Shown here in pieces: positions 38,614-54,108 of a stretch of 64,000 bases of DNA. The notes beneath the pieces are model-generated. The model was not told where the DNA came from. It saw only the letters and a list, made by a program, of their open reading frames with translations, and ran no database searches. How positions within the stretch are numbered: the stretch's first letter is position 1; every line of letters begins with the position of its first letter. Made by a program: the position numbers and the translations under genes. Origin of the DNA: Anaeromyxobacteraceae bacterium (GTDB lineage Bacteria > Myxococcota > Myxococcia > Myxococcales > Anaeromyxobacteraceae). The stretch is taken from assembly GCA_047602405.1 (NCBI GenBank), contig JASGHJ010000002.1, positions 2,272,001-2,336,000 of the forward strand. The letters are read 5' to 3'.

Positions 38614-40621
38614 TCAAGCGGTGGCGCGTCCCTCGGTCGTGGCGGGCAGCCCCGTGGGCAGCCTCACGGTGAAGGTGGTCCCCTGCCCCACCTCGCTCCG
38701 GACCGAGATCTCGCCGCCGTGCGCCTCCACCACCTTGCGGCAGATGTAGAGCCCGAGCCCCAGGCCCTCGCCGTCCTTGCGCCCGCCGCGCTCGAAGCGG
38801 TCGAAGATCCGCGCCTGGTCCTCGGGCGGGATGCCCGGCCCGTGGTCGGCCACCGTCACCTCGGCGGCGTCGCCCCCGTCGGCCACCTCCACCACGACGT
38901 CGCCCCGGCCGTACTTGAGCGCGTTCCCGACGAGGTTCGTGAGCACCTGCTCGAGCCGGCCGCGGTCCCAGACGCCATGCACCGGCCCGCGGGCGCGGAC
39001 CTCCAGGGCGCGGTCGGCGCGGGCGAGCACCTCCTCGAACCGGCCGCGCACCTCCCCGGCGATCGCCGCGAGATCGCACGGCTCGGGCGCGAGGCGCACG
39101 AGGCCGCTGCGGATGCGGACGAGGTCGAACAGGCTGTTCACGAGCGCGGTGATCCGGTTGACCTGATCGAGCTCCTTGTCGAGGCGCCGGAGGAGCTCGC
39201 CCTCGGCCCCGACGTGCCGCCCGCTCGCCACGAGCCGCCGGACGAGGTGCGCCTGCATGAGCAGCGCGGAGAGCGGCGTGCGCAGCTCGTGCGAGGCGAT
39301 GGACAGGAACTCCTCCCGGAGCGCCACCGCGGCCCGGGCGTCGTCGTAGAGCAGCGCGTGATCGAGCGCCTGCGCGGCGCGCCGCCCCAGCTCCTCCGCG
39401 AGCGCCGCGGCGGGGCCGTCGAGCCGCGCCGGGTTCTCGGCGAAGAGCGAGAGCCGCCCGAGCGTCCTCCCGCGCGCCACGAGCGGCACGACCAGCGCCG
39501 CCTTCGTCCCGAGCGCCTCGAGGAGCGCGCCGGCGCCGGCGCCGGCGCCGGCCCCGGCCTCGGCCTCTCGCGAGGCGTCGGCGTGCGCGACGAACGTCTC
39601 CGCCGGGGACGCGTCGGAGGCGGCGACGTCCACCACGCAGACGTCGCCCAGGAACGGCACCGCCACCCGCGCGGCCGCGCGGGCCGTCTCGCGCCGGTCG
39701 AGCGCCTCGGCGAGCACCGCGGAGGCCCGGGCGAGGAACGCGAGGCCCTCCCGCCCCTGCACGGCCCGGGTCACGTCCACCGAGAACCCGTGCAGCTCGG
39801 GGGGCCCGCCCCGATCCCCCGGCGCCAGCCCGAGCGCGGTCTCGAACCAGGCCTCGCGCCCGTCGGCGCGGACGAGCCGGTGCTCGAGCGCGACGCCGGG
39901 ACCGCTCGGGGTGAGGCCCGCGGCCGCCGCGCGGAAGGCCTCCCGGTCGGCGGGGGGCAGCCGCGCCTCCCAGAAGGTCGGCTCCGAGCGCCACCGCTCG
40001 AGCGGGAAGCCGAGCAGGGCCTCCGCGCTCGGCGACACGAACCGGCAGGCGAGCGACACCGGGTCGAGCACCCAGACGATCGCGTGCGAGATGCCCTCGA
40101 CGAGCGCGCGGTAGCGCTGCTGGGCCGCCTGCTCCTTGCGGAGGCTCGTGAGCTCGAGCTCCGCGAGCGCGAGCGCGTGCCGGCGGCGGTCGGCGAGCCG
40201 GAGCGCCTCCGCCTGCTCGAGGAGCTTCTGCCGCGTGCGGTGCATCGCCGCGAACGCGGCCACCTTGCTGCGGAGCACCGTGGGATTCGAGCGGCTTGAA
40301 GAGGTAGTCGACCCCGCCGCTCTCGTACCCCGCGCGCACGCGCCGGTCGTCCTGGTCGAGCCCGGTGATGAAGACGATGGGGATGTCTCGGGTTCGTTCG
40401 TTCGACCGGATGAGCCGCGCGGTCTCGTACCCGTCGAGCCCGGGCATCTCGACGTCCATGAGGATGAGCGCGCAGACGTCGGAGAGCAGGAACCCCAGCG
40501 CCTCGGCGCCGGAGCCCGCCCGCACGAGCTCGTAGTCCGGACCCTCGAGCGCGGCCGCGAGCGCGACCAGGTTCGAGGGCCGGTCGTCGACCATCAGGAT
40601 CTTCACGCGATCGGCGGACAT
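38614..40621 (-). CDS. Hybrid kinase REC-PAS-GAF-HisKA-HATPase (+1 frameshift at ~40285)
   Basis: ILMVDD, MDVEMP, KP; corrected KPLDPTVLRSKV; SHELRTP, NALKY, DHGPG, GLGLGL. Confidence 0.88.
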
Positions 40622-40769
40622 GTCCGGGCGGAGCCCGGCCACGGTGCGCAGCCCGCCCCCGGGGGGCAACGCCCTCTGAGAGGGGTGCAGGCGAGCGGCC
40701 CTCCGGGGGGCTGGTGTCCCGGGCGTGAAGTGCAGAGCGTCCCTGTCCCATCCCAGCCCAGAGCGAGCC

Positions 40770-46234
<5,465 letters not shown>

Positions 46235-46318
46235 TCGAGGGACGGGTGCGTGCCATCCGGGGCGTTCACGCTCCGACCGGGGACTCCGCGCCCGGCCGGC
46301 GCTAGCTTCGTGCCCCGG

Positions 46319-47431
46319 ATGACGGGACCACGTACGGCGAGGCTCCGGTCGATCGACGCCCTGCGGGGCGCCTCGGTCGCAGGGATGATCCTCGTGAACA
46401 GCCAGTTCGCGCGCGAGGACGCCTACCGGCCCTTCGAGCACGCCGAGTGGAACGGCTGGACCCTCGCCGACACGATCTTCCCCACCTTCATGTTCCTCGT
46501 GGGCGTGTCGCTCGCGCTCTCGACCTCGAGCCGGCTCGCGCGCGGCGCCCGGCCCCCCGACCTCCTCCGCCACGCGTTCCGCCGGGCCGCGCTGCTCTAC
46601 GCGCTCGGCGTGCTCGCGGACCTCCTCATCATCCCGCACCACGGCTTCCCGTGGGTGCTGGTGCGGGACCACCTGCAGCTCACCGGGGTGCTCCAGAAGA
46701 TCGCCGTCGCGTACCTCGCGGCCTTCCTCGTGCTCGTGTACTCCGGGACCCGGCGCCTCGTCGGTGCGATCCTGGCGCTGAACGCCGTGTACCTCGTGCT
46801 CCTCTTCGCGTACCCCGTGCCCGGCTGCGGGCCGGGCGTCCTCACGCCGGACTGCAACTTCCCCGGCTGGCTCGACCGCCGGCTCATCGGCGGGTTCCTC
46901 TGGGACGACCCGCGCCAGGACCGGGACGGCCTCGGCGCCCTCCTCCCCGCGATCTCGACCGTGCTCATGGGCGCGCTCGCCGGCCGCTGGCTCGAGCGCG
47001 CGCGCGAGCCCGGGCGGCGCATCCGGGGGCTCCTCGCCGGCGGCGCGCTGCTCGTCGTGGCCGCCGGGCTCCTCGACCGGTGGGTGCCGGTCAACAAGCC
47101 GCTGTGGACGACGACCTACGCGCTCCTCATGGCGGGCTTCTCCAGCCTCGCGCTCGCCGCCGCGATCGCGCTCGTCGACCTGCGCCCCCCCGGCCCCTGG
47201 GTGCGGCCCCTCGAGACGCTCGGCACGAACGCGCTCGCGTCCTACCTCCTCTCCCGGCCCCTCACGAACCTGCTCCGGGTCCACCTCGGCTGGGCGTCGT
47301 TCCACGACACCGTGCTGCGCCGGGTCGCGGGCCCCCACGGCGCGTCGATGCTCTTCGCGATCGCGGCGCTCGGGCTGGTCTGGGTCGCCACCGCGCTCCT
47401 CAACCGGCGGGGGCTCTACCTGAAGCTCTGA
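46319..47431 (+). CDS. HGSNAT-like (heparan-alpha-glucosaminide N-acetyltransferase family) membrane acyltransferase
   Basis: RLRSIDALRG, HAEWNGWTLADTIFP, GVLQKIA, PVNKPLWT. Confidence 0.85.
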   Translation: MTGPRTARLRSIDALRGASVAGMILVNSQFAREDAYRPFEHAEWNGWTLADTIFPTFMFLVGVSLALSTSSRLARGARPPDLLRHAFRRAALLYALGVLADLLIIPHHGFPWVLVRDHLQLTGVLQKIAVAYLAAFLVLVYSGTRRLVGAILALNAVYLVLLFAYPVPGCGPGVLTPDCNFPGWLDRRLIGGFLWDDPRQDRDGLGALLPAISTVLMGALAGRWLERAREPGRRIRGLLAGGALLVVAAGLLDRWVPVNKPLWTTTYALLMAGFSSLALAAAIALVDLRPPGPWVRPLETLGTNALASYLLSRPLTNLLRVHLGWASFHDTVLRRVAGPHGASMLFAIAALGLVWVATALLNRRGLYLKL

Positions 47432-47880
47432 GCGTCGTCGGGCGCAGGCACGAACGCGACCGGATCTCCGACCGCGATCTCGGCGCCCTCCACGACCTCG
47501 CAGTGCACGCCGCCGCGCCAGTCGCGGCGGAGCGCGTCCTCGAGGCCGGGCAGCGCCTCCTCCATGCGCTCGCAGGGCGTGAGCTCGCCGCCGATCTTCA
47601 GGAGCGCCCTCCCGACGCGCAGGTGGGCGCCGCGGGTGCGCTCGAGGTCGACGCCGGAGACGACGAGGTTCGCGCGGCGGCGCCCCGGGTCGAGCGCCGC
47701 GCCGAGGGACTCGAGCGCGTCCTCCCAGCCCTCGCGGCCCAGCACCGACACCTGCCGGCGGCCGCCCTGGTCGGCGCTGCCCTCGAGGCCGCGCGCGGCG
47801 ACGAGCACGCCGCGCTCGACGCGGTCCATCGGGCCGCGCCGCACGCGCTTCACGAAGATGGCCTCCACGCGGCCGGGCAC
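47416..47880 (-). CDS. MOSC domain protein
   Basis: RQVS, RRANLVVSG, PCERM, RGG...GD motifs. Confidence 0.85.
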   Translation of the reverse strand: MPGRVEAIFVKRVRRGPMDRVERGVLVAARGLEGSADQGGRRQVSVLGREGWEDALESLGAALDPGRRRANLVVSGVDLERTRGAHLRVGRALLKIGGELTPCERMEEALPGLEDALRRDWRGGVHCEVVEGAEIAVGDPVAFVPAPDDAQSFR

Positions 47881-47938
47881 CCGCGTCTTGTAGCGGGGTC
47901 CCCGCCCGGCTGCTACCGGGGCGCGCCGTCCCGGGTGG

Positions 47939-48628
47939 CTACCGGGGCGCCGCCCGGGGCGGCGAGGTGGTCCCGTCGGCGTAGGCGATGGACGCGACGC
48001 GGGCCGGCGGGAAGCGGCGCTCGTGGCCGTCCACCGTGCGGACCACGATGAGGTCCGCGGTCTCCTCGACGACGAAGGCGCGCACGCGGCCGCCGCCCTC
48101 GAGGAAGAGCGTGTCGAGCCGCTCGACGGGGATGACCATCGGCCCCGCGGAGGGCTCGGGCTGGGCCGCGGGCGCCGGAGCGACCGCCGGCGCCGGGTGG
48201 GCTTCCGGGGCCGCGAGGACGGGAGCGGGTGCCGGCTCCGGAGCCGGGGCCGGCGTCGGGGCCGCGGCGGGCGCGGGAGGCGGCGCCGCCTCGGCCGCCG
48301 GGGGTGCCGGGACGGGGACGACCTCGGGCAGGGGCGTGGGCGCCGGGGCGGGGGCCGGAGCGGGCGCGGCGGCCGGCTCGCGCACGGGCTCCGGCTCCGG
48401 CGCGCGCGGCGCGGGCTCGCCAGGCTGCCAGGTCGTCCCGTCCGCGAGGACGATCCTGCGCACCTCGGCGGGAGGGAAGCGGCGGGTCGTGCCGTCGGCG
48501 AGCCGCAGGGTGACGCCGGCCGGGCCGGCCTCGACCACGGCGCCGCGGACGCGGCCGCCCTCGGCGGTGAACAGGGTGGCCTCGGGCGACGAGACGCCGA
48601 GCACGGCAGCCAGGATGACGGGGAGCAT
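47939..48628 (-). CDS. Secreted protein with two similar small beta domains separated by a Pro/Ala linker
   Basis: TLF..GGRVR..VVE...DG..RRFPPA.V..I..ADGT occurs twice. Confidence 0.7.
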   Translation of the reverse strand: MLPVILAAVLGVSSPEATLFTAEGGRVRGAVVEAGPAGVTLRLADGTTRRFPPAEVRRIVLADGTTWQPGEPAPRAPEPEPVREPAAAPAPAPAPAPTPLPEVVPVPAPPAAEAAPPPAPAAAPTPAPAPEPAPAPVLAAPEAHPAPAVAPAPAAQPEPSAGPMVIPVERLDTLFLEGGGRVRAFVVEETADLIVVRTVDGHERRFPPARVASIAYADGTTSPPRAAPR

Positions 48629-48791
48629 GCGTTCCTCCGGGAGGTCCGGGGAGGCGGATAGCGACTATCGTGCCGGCCGGTGCTGCGCAGGAGTTCCGGG
48701 CACTTGAGACCCGACGCCGGGCGTCGGCCCGGCACACCGTGGCAACGCCTTCACACGCGGGCGGCGCCCGGGAAGGGGCGTCGCCGGGCGC

Positions 48792-49301
48792 TCAGGCGCC
48801 CTCCCCCGGGACGACCTCCTCGAAGACGCCGCTCTCCCGGTTCTTCCGGACCCGGTCGCCCGGGTAGACCCGGCCGTTCATCGCGACGTACACGCCCGCC
48901 GGGAGCACCTGCGCGAAGGAGAGCGCGCTCCCCAGGTTGAAGAGCCCGTCGGAGCTCCCGAAGGCGTACGGGATCATCGCGCCGGTGAGGACGATGGTCT
49001 TCGGGAGGCGCGCGGCGACGAGCGCCCGCGCCGTGTCCGCCATGGTGTCGGTCCCGTGCGTCACGAGGAGGCGCGCCTCGACGGTGCCACGGCAGCGGTC
49101 GACGATCGCGGCGCGGTCGGCGTCGGTCAGGTCGAGGCTGTCCTTCATCATGAGCGTCTCGATCGCGAGGTCGAGCCGGCAGCGGGCGAGGCGGAGCATC
49201 TCCTCGAGGTGGGTGGTCTTGAAGTAGAGCCGGCCGTTCAGCTCGTCGTAGTCCTTGTCGAAGGTCCCGCCCGTCACGAACACCCTGATCCTTCCGCTCA
49301 C
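48792..49301 (-). CDS. Single-domain asparaginase-family protein
   Basis: TGGTFDK, THGTDTM, LTGAM; only 169 aa. Confidence 0.85.
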   Translation of the reverse strand: MSGRIRVFVTGGTFDKDYDELNGRLYFKTTHLEEMLRLARCRLDLAIETLMMKDSLDLTDADRAAIVDRCRGTVEARLLVTHGTDTMADTARALVAARLPKTIVLTGAMIPYAFGSSDGLFNLGSALSFAQVLPAGVYVAMNGRVYPGDRVRKNRESGVFEEVVPGEGA

Positions 49302-49357
49302 GTTCGCCCTCCCGCGCGGTCGCGCGCGCGGATCTACTCCGGGGTAGCATGTCCGCC

Positions 49358-50269
49358 ATGGAACCCGCGCAGCCCCCCGCGCCCGGCGCGCCCGCCCCCG
49401 CCGGCTGCCCCAACTGCGGCGGCCCGGCGCCGGCGCGGTTCTGCCCGGCCTGCGGCCAGGAGCAGCGCGCGCTGCGGGTGCCGTTCCGGCGGGTCGTGGC
49501 CGACGCGCTCGACGAGGCGCTCTCGCTCGACTCCCGGCTCGCTCATACCCTCCCCGCCCTGTTCCTCAGGCCTGGCGCGGCGAGCCTCGCGTGGCGCGAG
49601 GGCCGGCGGGCCTCCCACACCTCGCCGACGAAGCTCTACCTCCTCGCGAGCTTCGTCTTCTTCCTCGCGGTCGCGGCGGGGCCGAACTTCGGCGTGCAGG
49701 CGGGCACGAAGGGCGTCCGCCTGGGCCCCTCGGAGCCGCGCTCCCAGGAGATGAGCCTGGGCGGGGCGGCCACGGTGACCTCCCCGGTGGAGGCCTCCGA
49801 CGCGGAGCTCGCCGACATGCGCGCGCGAGGCCTCCTGGGGCGCACCTTCGCCGAGCACGTGGAGAGGCTGAAGAAGCTCCCGCCCGAGGACGCCCAGCGG
49901 AGGCTCAACGCCGTCTTCGTCGACAACACCGCGCGCGCGATGTTCGTGATCCTCCCGCTCGCGGCGCTCCTGCTCCTCCTCCTGCACCCGCGGCGCGGCC
50001 TCTTCTACACGGACCACCTCGTCTTCGCGGCCCACGCGCAGACGGTGACGTTCGTGCTCCTCACGCCCGGGCTCCTGTTCGCGAGCGGCGGCCTCTCCTT
50101 CGCCGGCGGGGCCGCGGCCTGCGGGCACCTCCTCCTCGCCATGCGCCGCCACTACGGCACCGGCTGGGCGGGCACGGCGCTCCGCTGGCTCCTCCTGTCC
50201 TTCGGGTACCTCCTGCTCCTCACGGTCGCGGTTGCCGGAGCCGCCGTCGTCGCCATCCTGACCTCCTGA
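49358..50269 (+). CDS. DUF3667-like zinc-ribbon membrane protein
   Basis: CPNCG..FCPACGQ, LFLRPG, P.KLYL, followed by TM segments. Confidence 0.8.
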   Translation: MEPAQPPAPGAPAPAGCPNCGGPAPARFCPACGQEQRALRVPFRRVVADALDEALSLDSRLAHTLPALFLRPGAASLAWREGRRASHTSPTKLYLLASFVFFLAVAAGPNFGVQAGTKGVRLGPSEPRSQEMSLGGAATVTSPVEASDAELADMRARGLLGRTFAEHVERLKKLPPEDAQRRLNAVFVDNTARAMFVILPLAALLLLLLHPRRGLFYTDHLVFAAHAQTVTFVLLTPGLLFASGGLSFAGGAAACGHLLLAMRRHYGTGWAGTALRWLLLSFGYLLLLTVAVAGAAVVAILTS

Positions 50270-50283
50270 GGACCGGAGGAACC

Positions 50284-50529
50284 ATGAGCGAGACGGGCGA
50301 GCGGCCGGACGCGCCGCGGGACGAGGAGCACCGGAACGAGGGCGAGGGCAGCCGCACGGCCGCCCGCCGCTACGGCGAGGGGGTCCGGCGCCACATCGAG
50401 CAGGGCCGGACCGAGGCGGAGGCCGAGTCGGCGGAGCGCGCCCTCGAGGCGGACCCGGAGGACCTCGAGCGCGCCGAGCGCGAGGGGAAGGCGAAGAGCG
50501 CGGGCGAGGCGCCCGGCGACCTCGAGTGA
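50284..50529 (+). CDS. Small hydrophilic hypothetical protein
   Basis: GGAGG RBS; NEGEGSRTAARRY motif. Confidence 0.7.
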   Translation: MSETGERPDAPRDEEHRNEGEGSRTAARRYGEGVRRHIEQGRTEAEAESAERALEADPEDLERAEREGKAKSAGEAPGDLE

Positions 50530-51753
50530 TCAGGCCTGCGCGGGGCCGTCGACGAGCGACCGCCACCAGGTGCGGGCCGGGCCGGACAGCCCGAAGGGCT
50601 GGAGCTCGACCGCGTAGCCGTCGGGCGTGCGCCGGCAGAGCCGGGTGAGGGCCCAGATGGCGAGCGGCTCCTCGGCGTACACCTTCGCCTGCAGCAGGCG
50701 GTGCTCGGGCAGCGGCTCCTGCCCCTTCATCACGAGCCCGTCGCGCTTCACCGCGGTCGCGGTGTAGAGCCGCGGGCGGTGGGCGACGCTCACCGAGACG
50801 CCGATGTTGACCGGCCGGCCCTCGCCCGCGAGGACCGACTCCGGCACGTCGATCCGGGGCGAGCCGACGAAGGCGGCGCCGGCCGGGGTCTCGAAGGCGG
50901 CGACGAACTCGGGCACCTCCTCGAGGACCCGCGCCACCGCCTCGCGCTCGGCGGCCGAGGAGAGCCCCTTCACCGCGGCGAGATCCGGCGGCGCGACGCC
51001 GGTGCGGGTCATCGCGAGCTCGATGATCTCGTCGGAGAGCTGCACCACCTCGATGACCTTCCGGTCGCGGGGCGGCTTGCCCTCGCCGTGGTGCGAGGCG
51101 ATGACGTCGCGCACGAGCGGGGGCAGGTTCCAGCGCTCGGCGAGCGCCATCCCGACGGGCACGTGGTGCCGCTCGAGGACGCCCGCCCAGGTCTCCACCG
51201 GCTGCGGGCTCCGCACGAGCACGGTCTCGAGGAGCTGCTCGAGCGCGGCCGTCGCGACGACCTTGCCGAAGTCGTGGAGGAGGCCGATGACGAAGGCCTC
51301 CTCGGCCTTCAGGCCGCGGAGCCGCGCGAGCTCCTGGCACACCGCCGCGCTCGCGAGCCCCTCGATCCAGACGAGCCGGCGCACCGGCGCGAGGGCCCCG
51401 AGGGCCTGCGCGTGCGTGGAGAGGCCGGAGGCGAGCAGGAGCCGGATGACCTCCTGCGCGCCGATCCGGGTGACCGCCTGCATGAGGTCGGTGACCGCGG
51501 CCGGGCCGCGGCGGTACATGGCCGAGTTCGCGCAGCGCAGGATGCTCGCGGCGAGGGCCTGGTCCGCGCCGACCACCTGGGCGACCTCGGAGAGCCCGGA
51601 GTCCTTCTTGCCGAGCAGCTCGTGGACGCGGACCGCGACGGCCGGGTACGGCGGGACGGGCAGGTCGCGCGACTCCACGAGCGACACGAGCTCGCGCTCG
51701 ATGGCCGCGACCTCGCCGGGGGGCTTCGTCCTTCTCAGCTCGTCGTGGGTCAA
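50530..51753 (-). CDS. HDOD domain signalling protein
   Basis: PPYPAVA, LRCANSA, GLLHDFGK, WNLP. Confidence 0.88.
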   Translation of the reverse strand: MTHDELRRTKPPGEVAAIERELVSLVESRDLPVPPYPAVAVRVHELLGKKDSGLSEVAQVVGADQALAASILRCANSAMYRRGPAAVTDLMQAVTRIGAQEVIRLLLASGLSTHAQALGALAPVRRLVWIEGLASAAVCQELARLRGLKAEEAFVIGLLHDFGKVVATAALEQLLETVLVRSPQPVETWAGVLERHHVPVGMALAERWNLPPLVRDVIASHHGEGKPPRDRKVIEVVQLSDEIIELAMTRTGVAPPDLAAVKGLSSAAEREAVARVLEEVPEFVAAFETPAGAAFVGSPRIDVPESVLAGEGRPVNIGVSVSVAHRPRLYTATAVKRDGLVMKGQEPLPEHRLLQAKVYAEEPLAIWALTRLCRRTPDGYAVELQPFGLSGPARTWWRSLVDGPAQA

Positions 51754-51919
51754 GGCGTCTCGTCGGGACGGCTCTGCGGTGAGGCGGCGCTGCGGAGGAG
51801 AGCATTACCCGTTCAGGGTGGTCGGGGCAACGGCCCGTGTGCCTGGGGAGCACGGTAACCCGGCGTCCTCCCGAGGTCCAACCTGCCGGGATCCCGAGGG
51901 TCCGGGGGGTCTTCTGGTG

Positions 51920-51935
51920 TGGCCCGCGCCGTGCA
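51920..51935 (+). promoter_or_regulatory. Possible sigma54 -24/-12 promoter
   Basis: TGGCCCGCGCCGTGCA has GG-N10-GC, ~50 nt before the lipoprotein ATG. Confidence 0.45.
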
Positions 51936-51984
51936 ATCCTCCGGGGTACGGGGCGAACACGACGGCCCCTGGAGGCATCGGACC

Positions 51985-52437
51985 ATGCGGCTCACCCAGA
52001 TCTTCGCCCTCGCCCTCGTCGGCCCCGTCCTCGCGAGCGGCTGTGTCGTCACCACCACCCGCGCCACCACCTGGACCGACCAGGGCCCACAGGGCTACCA
52101 GGAGTGGGCCCGCTACGGCCGCGTCGACCAGGTCCGGGAGGTCGTCACCGAGACGCGCGGCGACCCGGCCGGCGGCGCCGTGGCGGGCGCGGTCATCGGC
52201 GGCCTCATCGGCAGCGCGATGGGCGGGCGGCACAACGGCGCGAGCACGGTCGCCGGCGCCATCGGCGGCGCGATGATCGGCGCGAACGCGAGCCAGGGCG
52301 GCTCGGTCCGCCGGCGCTACGAGGTCACCGTCCGGTTCGACGACGGCGGCGTGCAGACCTTCGTCTACGCGAACGGCTCGCCCTTCCGCCCCGGCGACTA
52401 CGTGACGCAGACCCCGCAGGGCCTCTACCCCCGGTGA
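51985..52437 (+). CDS. Glycine-zipper 2TM lipoprotein
   Basis: Lipobox LASGC; GAVAGAVIGGLIG..GAIGGAMIG. Confidence 0.85.
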   Translation: MRLTQIFALALVGPVLASGCVVTTTRATTWTDQGPQGYQEWARYGRVDQVREVVTETRGDPAGGAVAGAVIGGLIGSAMGGRHNGASTVAGAIGGAMIGANASQGGSVRRRYEVTVRFDDGGVQTFVYANGSPFRPGDYVTQTPQGLYPR

Positions 52438-52635
52438 ACGGCAATCGGTCGCGGGTCATGCCCGCGGCTGCCCCTCGCCCCTCCAGGCCCGCGCCCGGAG
52501 GGGCGTTCTCTCTTTCGGGCTAACGCGTCGGGGCCCCAAGGAGGCATGAACAAGGGATTGGGCAGGGGCCTCCGGTTGGTCTAGAACGGGGCTCCCTGGC
52601 GCAGCTTCCTACCCGATCCACCAAGGGGGTTTCTC

Positions 52636-53236
52636 GTGAAGAGGTTCTCGCTCGCAGCAGTGCTCGTCGCCGCCCTGTTCGCCGCCGCTCCCGCGCAGGC
52701 CCAGACGAAGAAGGCCGCCACGGCGCCTGCCACCACCGCCACCGCGATCGCCGCCGACGGCGGCCCGACGATGGACAACGAGATCTCCGCGTGGGGCATC
52801 CTCGGCTACGGCTACCTCGACACGGGCTTCGGGCTCGGCGCGCGCTACCAGAAGATCCTGGTCCCGGCCTCGAAGAAGCTTCCTCAAGCTCCAGAACGGC
52901 ATCCGTGACGAGATCGGCATCGAGGGCGGCCTCGACTTCGTCCACTACAGCTACGGCTACTTCGGCTACGACTGGACCTACAACGAGTTCTCGTTCGTGG
53001 TCGGCGGCACCTGGAACTTCTGGCTGAACGAGAAGCTCGCCGTCTACCCGAAGATCGACCTCGGCTTCGGCTTCGGCTCCTGGTCATCGAACGTGACCGG
53101 CCTCGGCGACCCGAACACGGGCGGCGGCCTCTTCCTCCAGGGCGCCGCGGGCGTCGTCTACAAGCTCGACCGCCTCGCGCTCCGCGCGGAGCTCGGCACC
53201 CGCTACCTGCGCCTCGGCGCGGGCTTCAACTTCTGA
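52636..53236 (+). CDS. Outer-membrane beta-barrel protein (+1 frameshift at ~52876)
   Basis: Signal peptide ending AQA; alternating beta strands; ends LGAGFNF*. One extra base in GAAGAAGC. Confidence 0.75.
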
Positions 53237-53337
53237 GTTTCACGGGGGGCCGTAGGCCCCCGCCCCATGAGCAGAGCTCATGGGGCCCCACCCCTGGATC
53301 AGCTCCGCCTGGCCGCAGCCGCTTCCGCGGCTGCGGC
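53231..53337 (+). repeat. Multi-hairpin repeat, copy B
   Basis: Homologous to the reverse complement of 37425-37512. Confidence 0.75.
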
Positions 53338-53361
53338 GAAGGCTTCGCTGGGGGAAACGAG

Positions 53362-53397
53362 AAGGGCCCGGTCCGTCCGACCGGGCCCTTTGTCTTT
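53362..53397 (+). terminator. Intrinsic terminator
   Basis: AAGGGCCCGGTC-CGTCC-GACCGGGCCCTT-TGTCTTT. Confidence 0.75.
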
Positions 53398-54108
53398 CCT
53401 GGCCCCTGCGTCCCCACCTCCTGGTGACGTTTCAGATGGGCCTCCTCGCGGGGTCTCTCCGCTCCTCGGGCGCAAGGCAAAGGCCCGCCGCGTGGGGGAT
53501 CCTGGAGACGCTGCGGAGAAGGGGACCGCCGCGGCACCACCACGCGCGCCGGGCGAGGCGGGGGACGTGGGGAACGGGGCAGAAGCGGGTCGATGACGGA
53601 GGCGCGGTGCTGGCCGCCTCGCCCGTCACGCTTGGTGCAGATCGCGGCTCCGATCTTGGGCGGGCCTGCCGGCGCCCTGCGGGGCGGAGAGACCCCGCGA
53701 TCGGCCCACGGAGCGTGGCGATGTGGTGAGGGCACCTGTTCCAGGCGCTGACGCCCACCCGTCCCGTCCGCGCGCCGATCCCATCCGCCCCGCCACGTGC
53801 GGCCCTTCCCCGAACCTCGACGCCCCCTGCGGCCGATCGCTGGGCCTCTCCGCCCGGAGGGCCCTCGGCTGACCCGCCCGACCCTCGGACCGGATGCGAC
53901 GACCGCGTCAGGACGAGGCCGCGCGCGACGCCTCGATCCACTCCACGACGCCCCTGCGGCCGAGTCCTGGCGCGCCTGTCGTCGCAGCGGGCCACCCCTT
54001 CTCGCTCCCTCCCCGGCCACGGTGAACCGGCGGGGCCTTGCCCAAGGGCCCGAGGACGGAGAGGCCCAGCGAGGAGGCCGCCACCGAGACGCCGGCAGGG
54101 TCGAGAGG

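Noticed and set aside
48792..49301. Truncated asparaginase pseudogene
   Set aside because: Clean start and stop with both catalytic Thr motifs and no downstream remnant; short single-domain members of this family exist.
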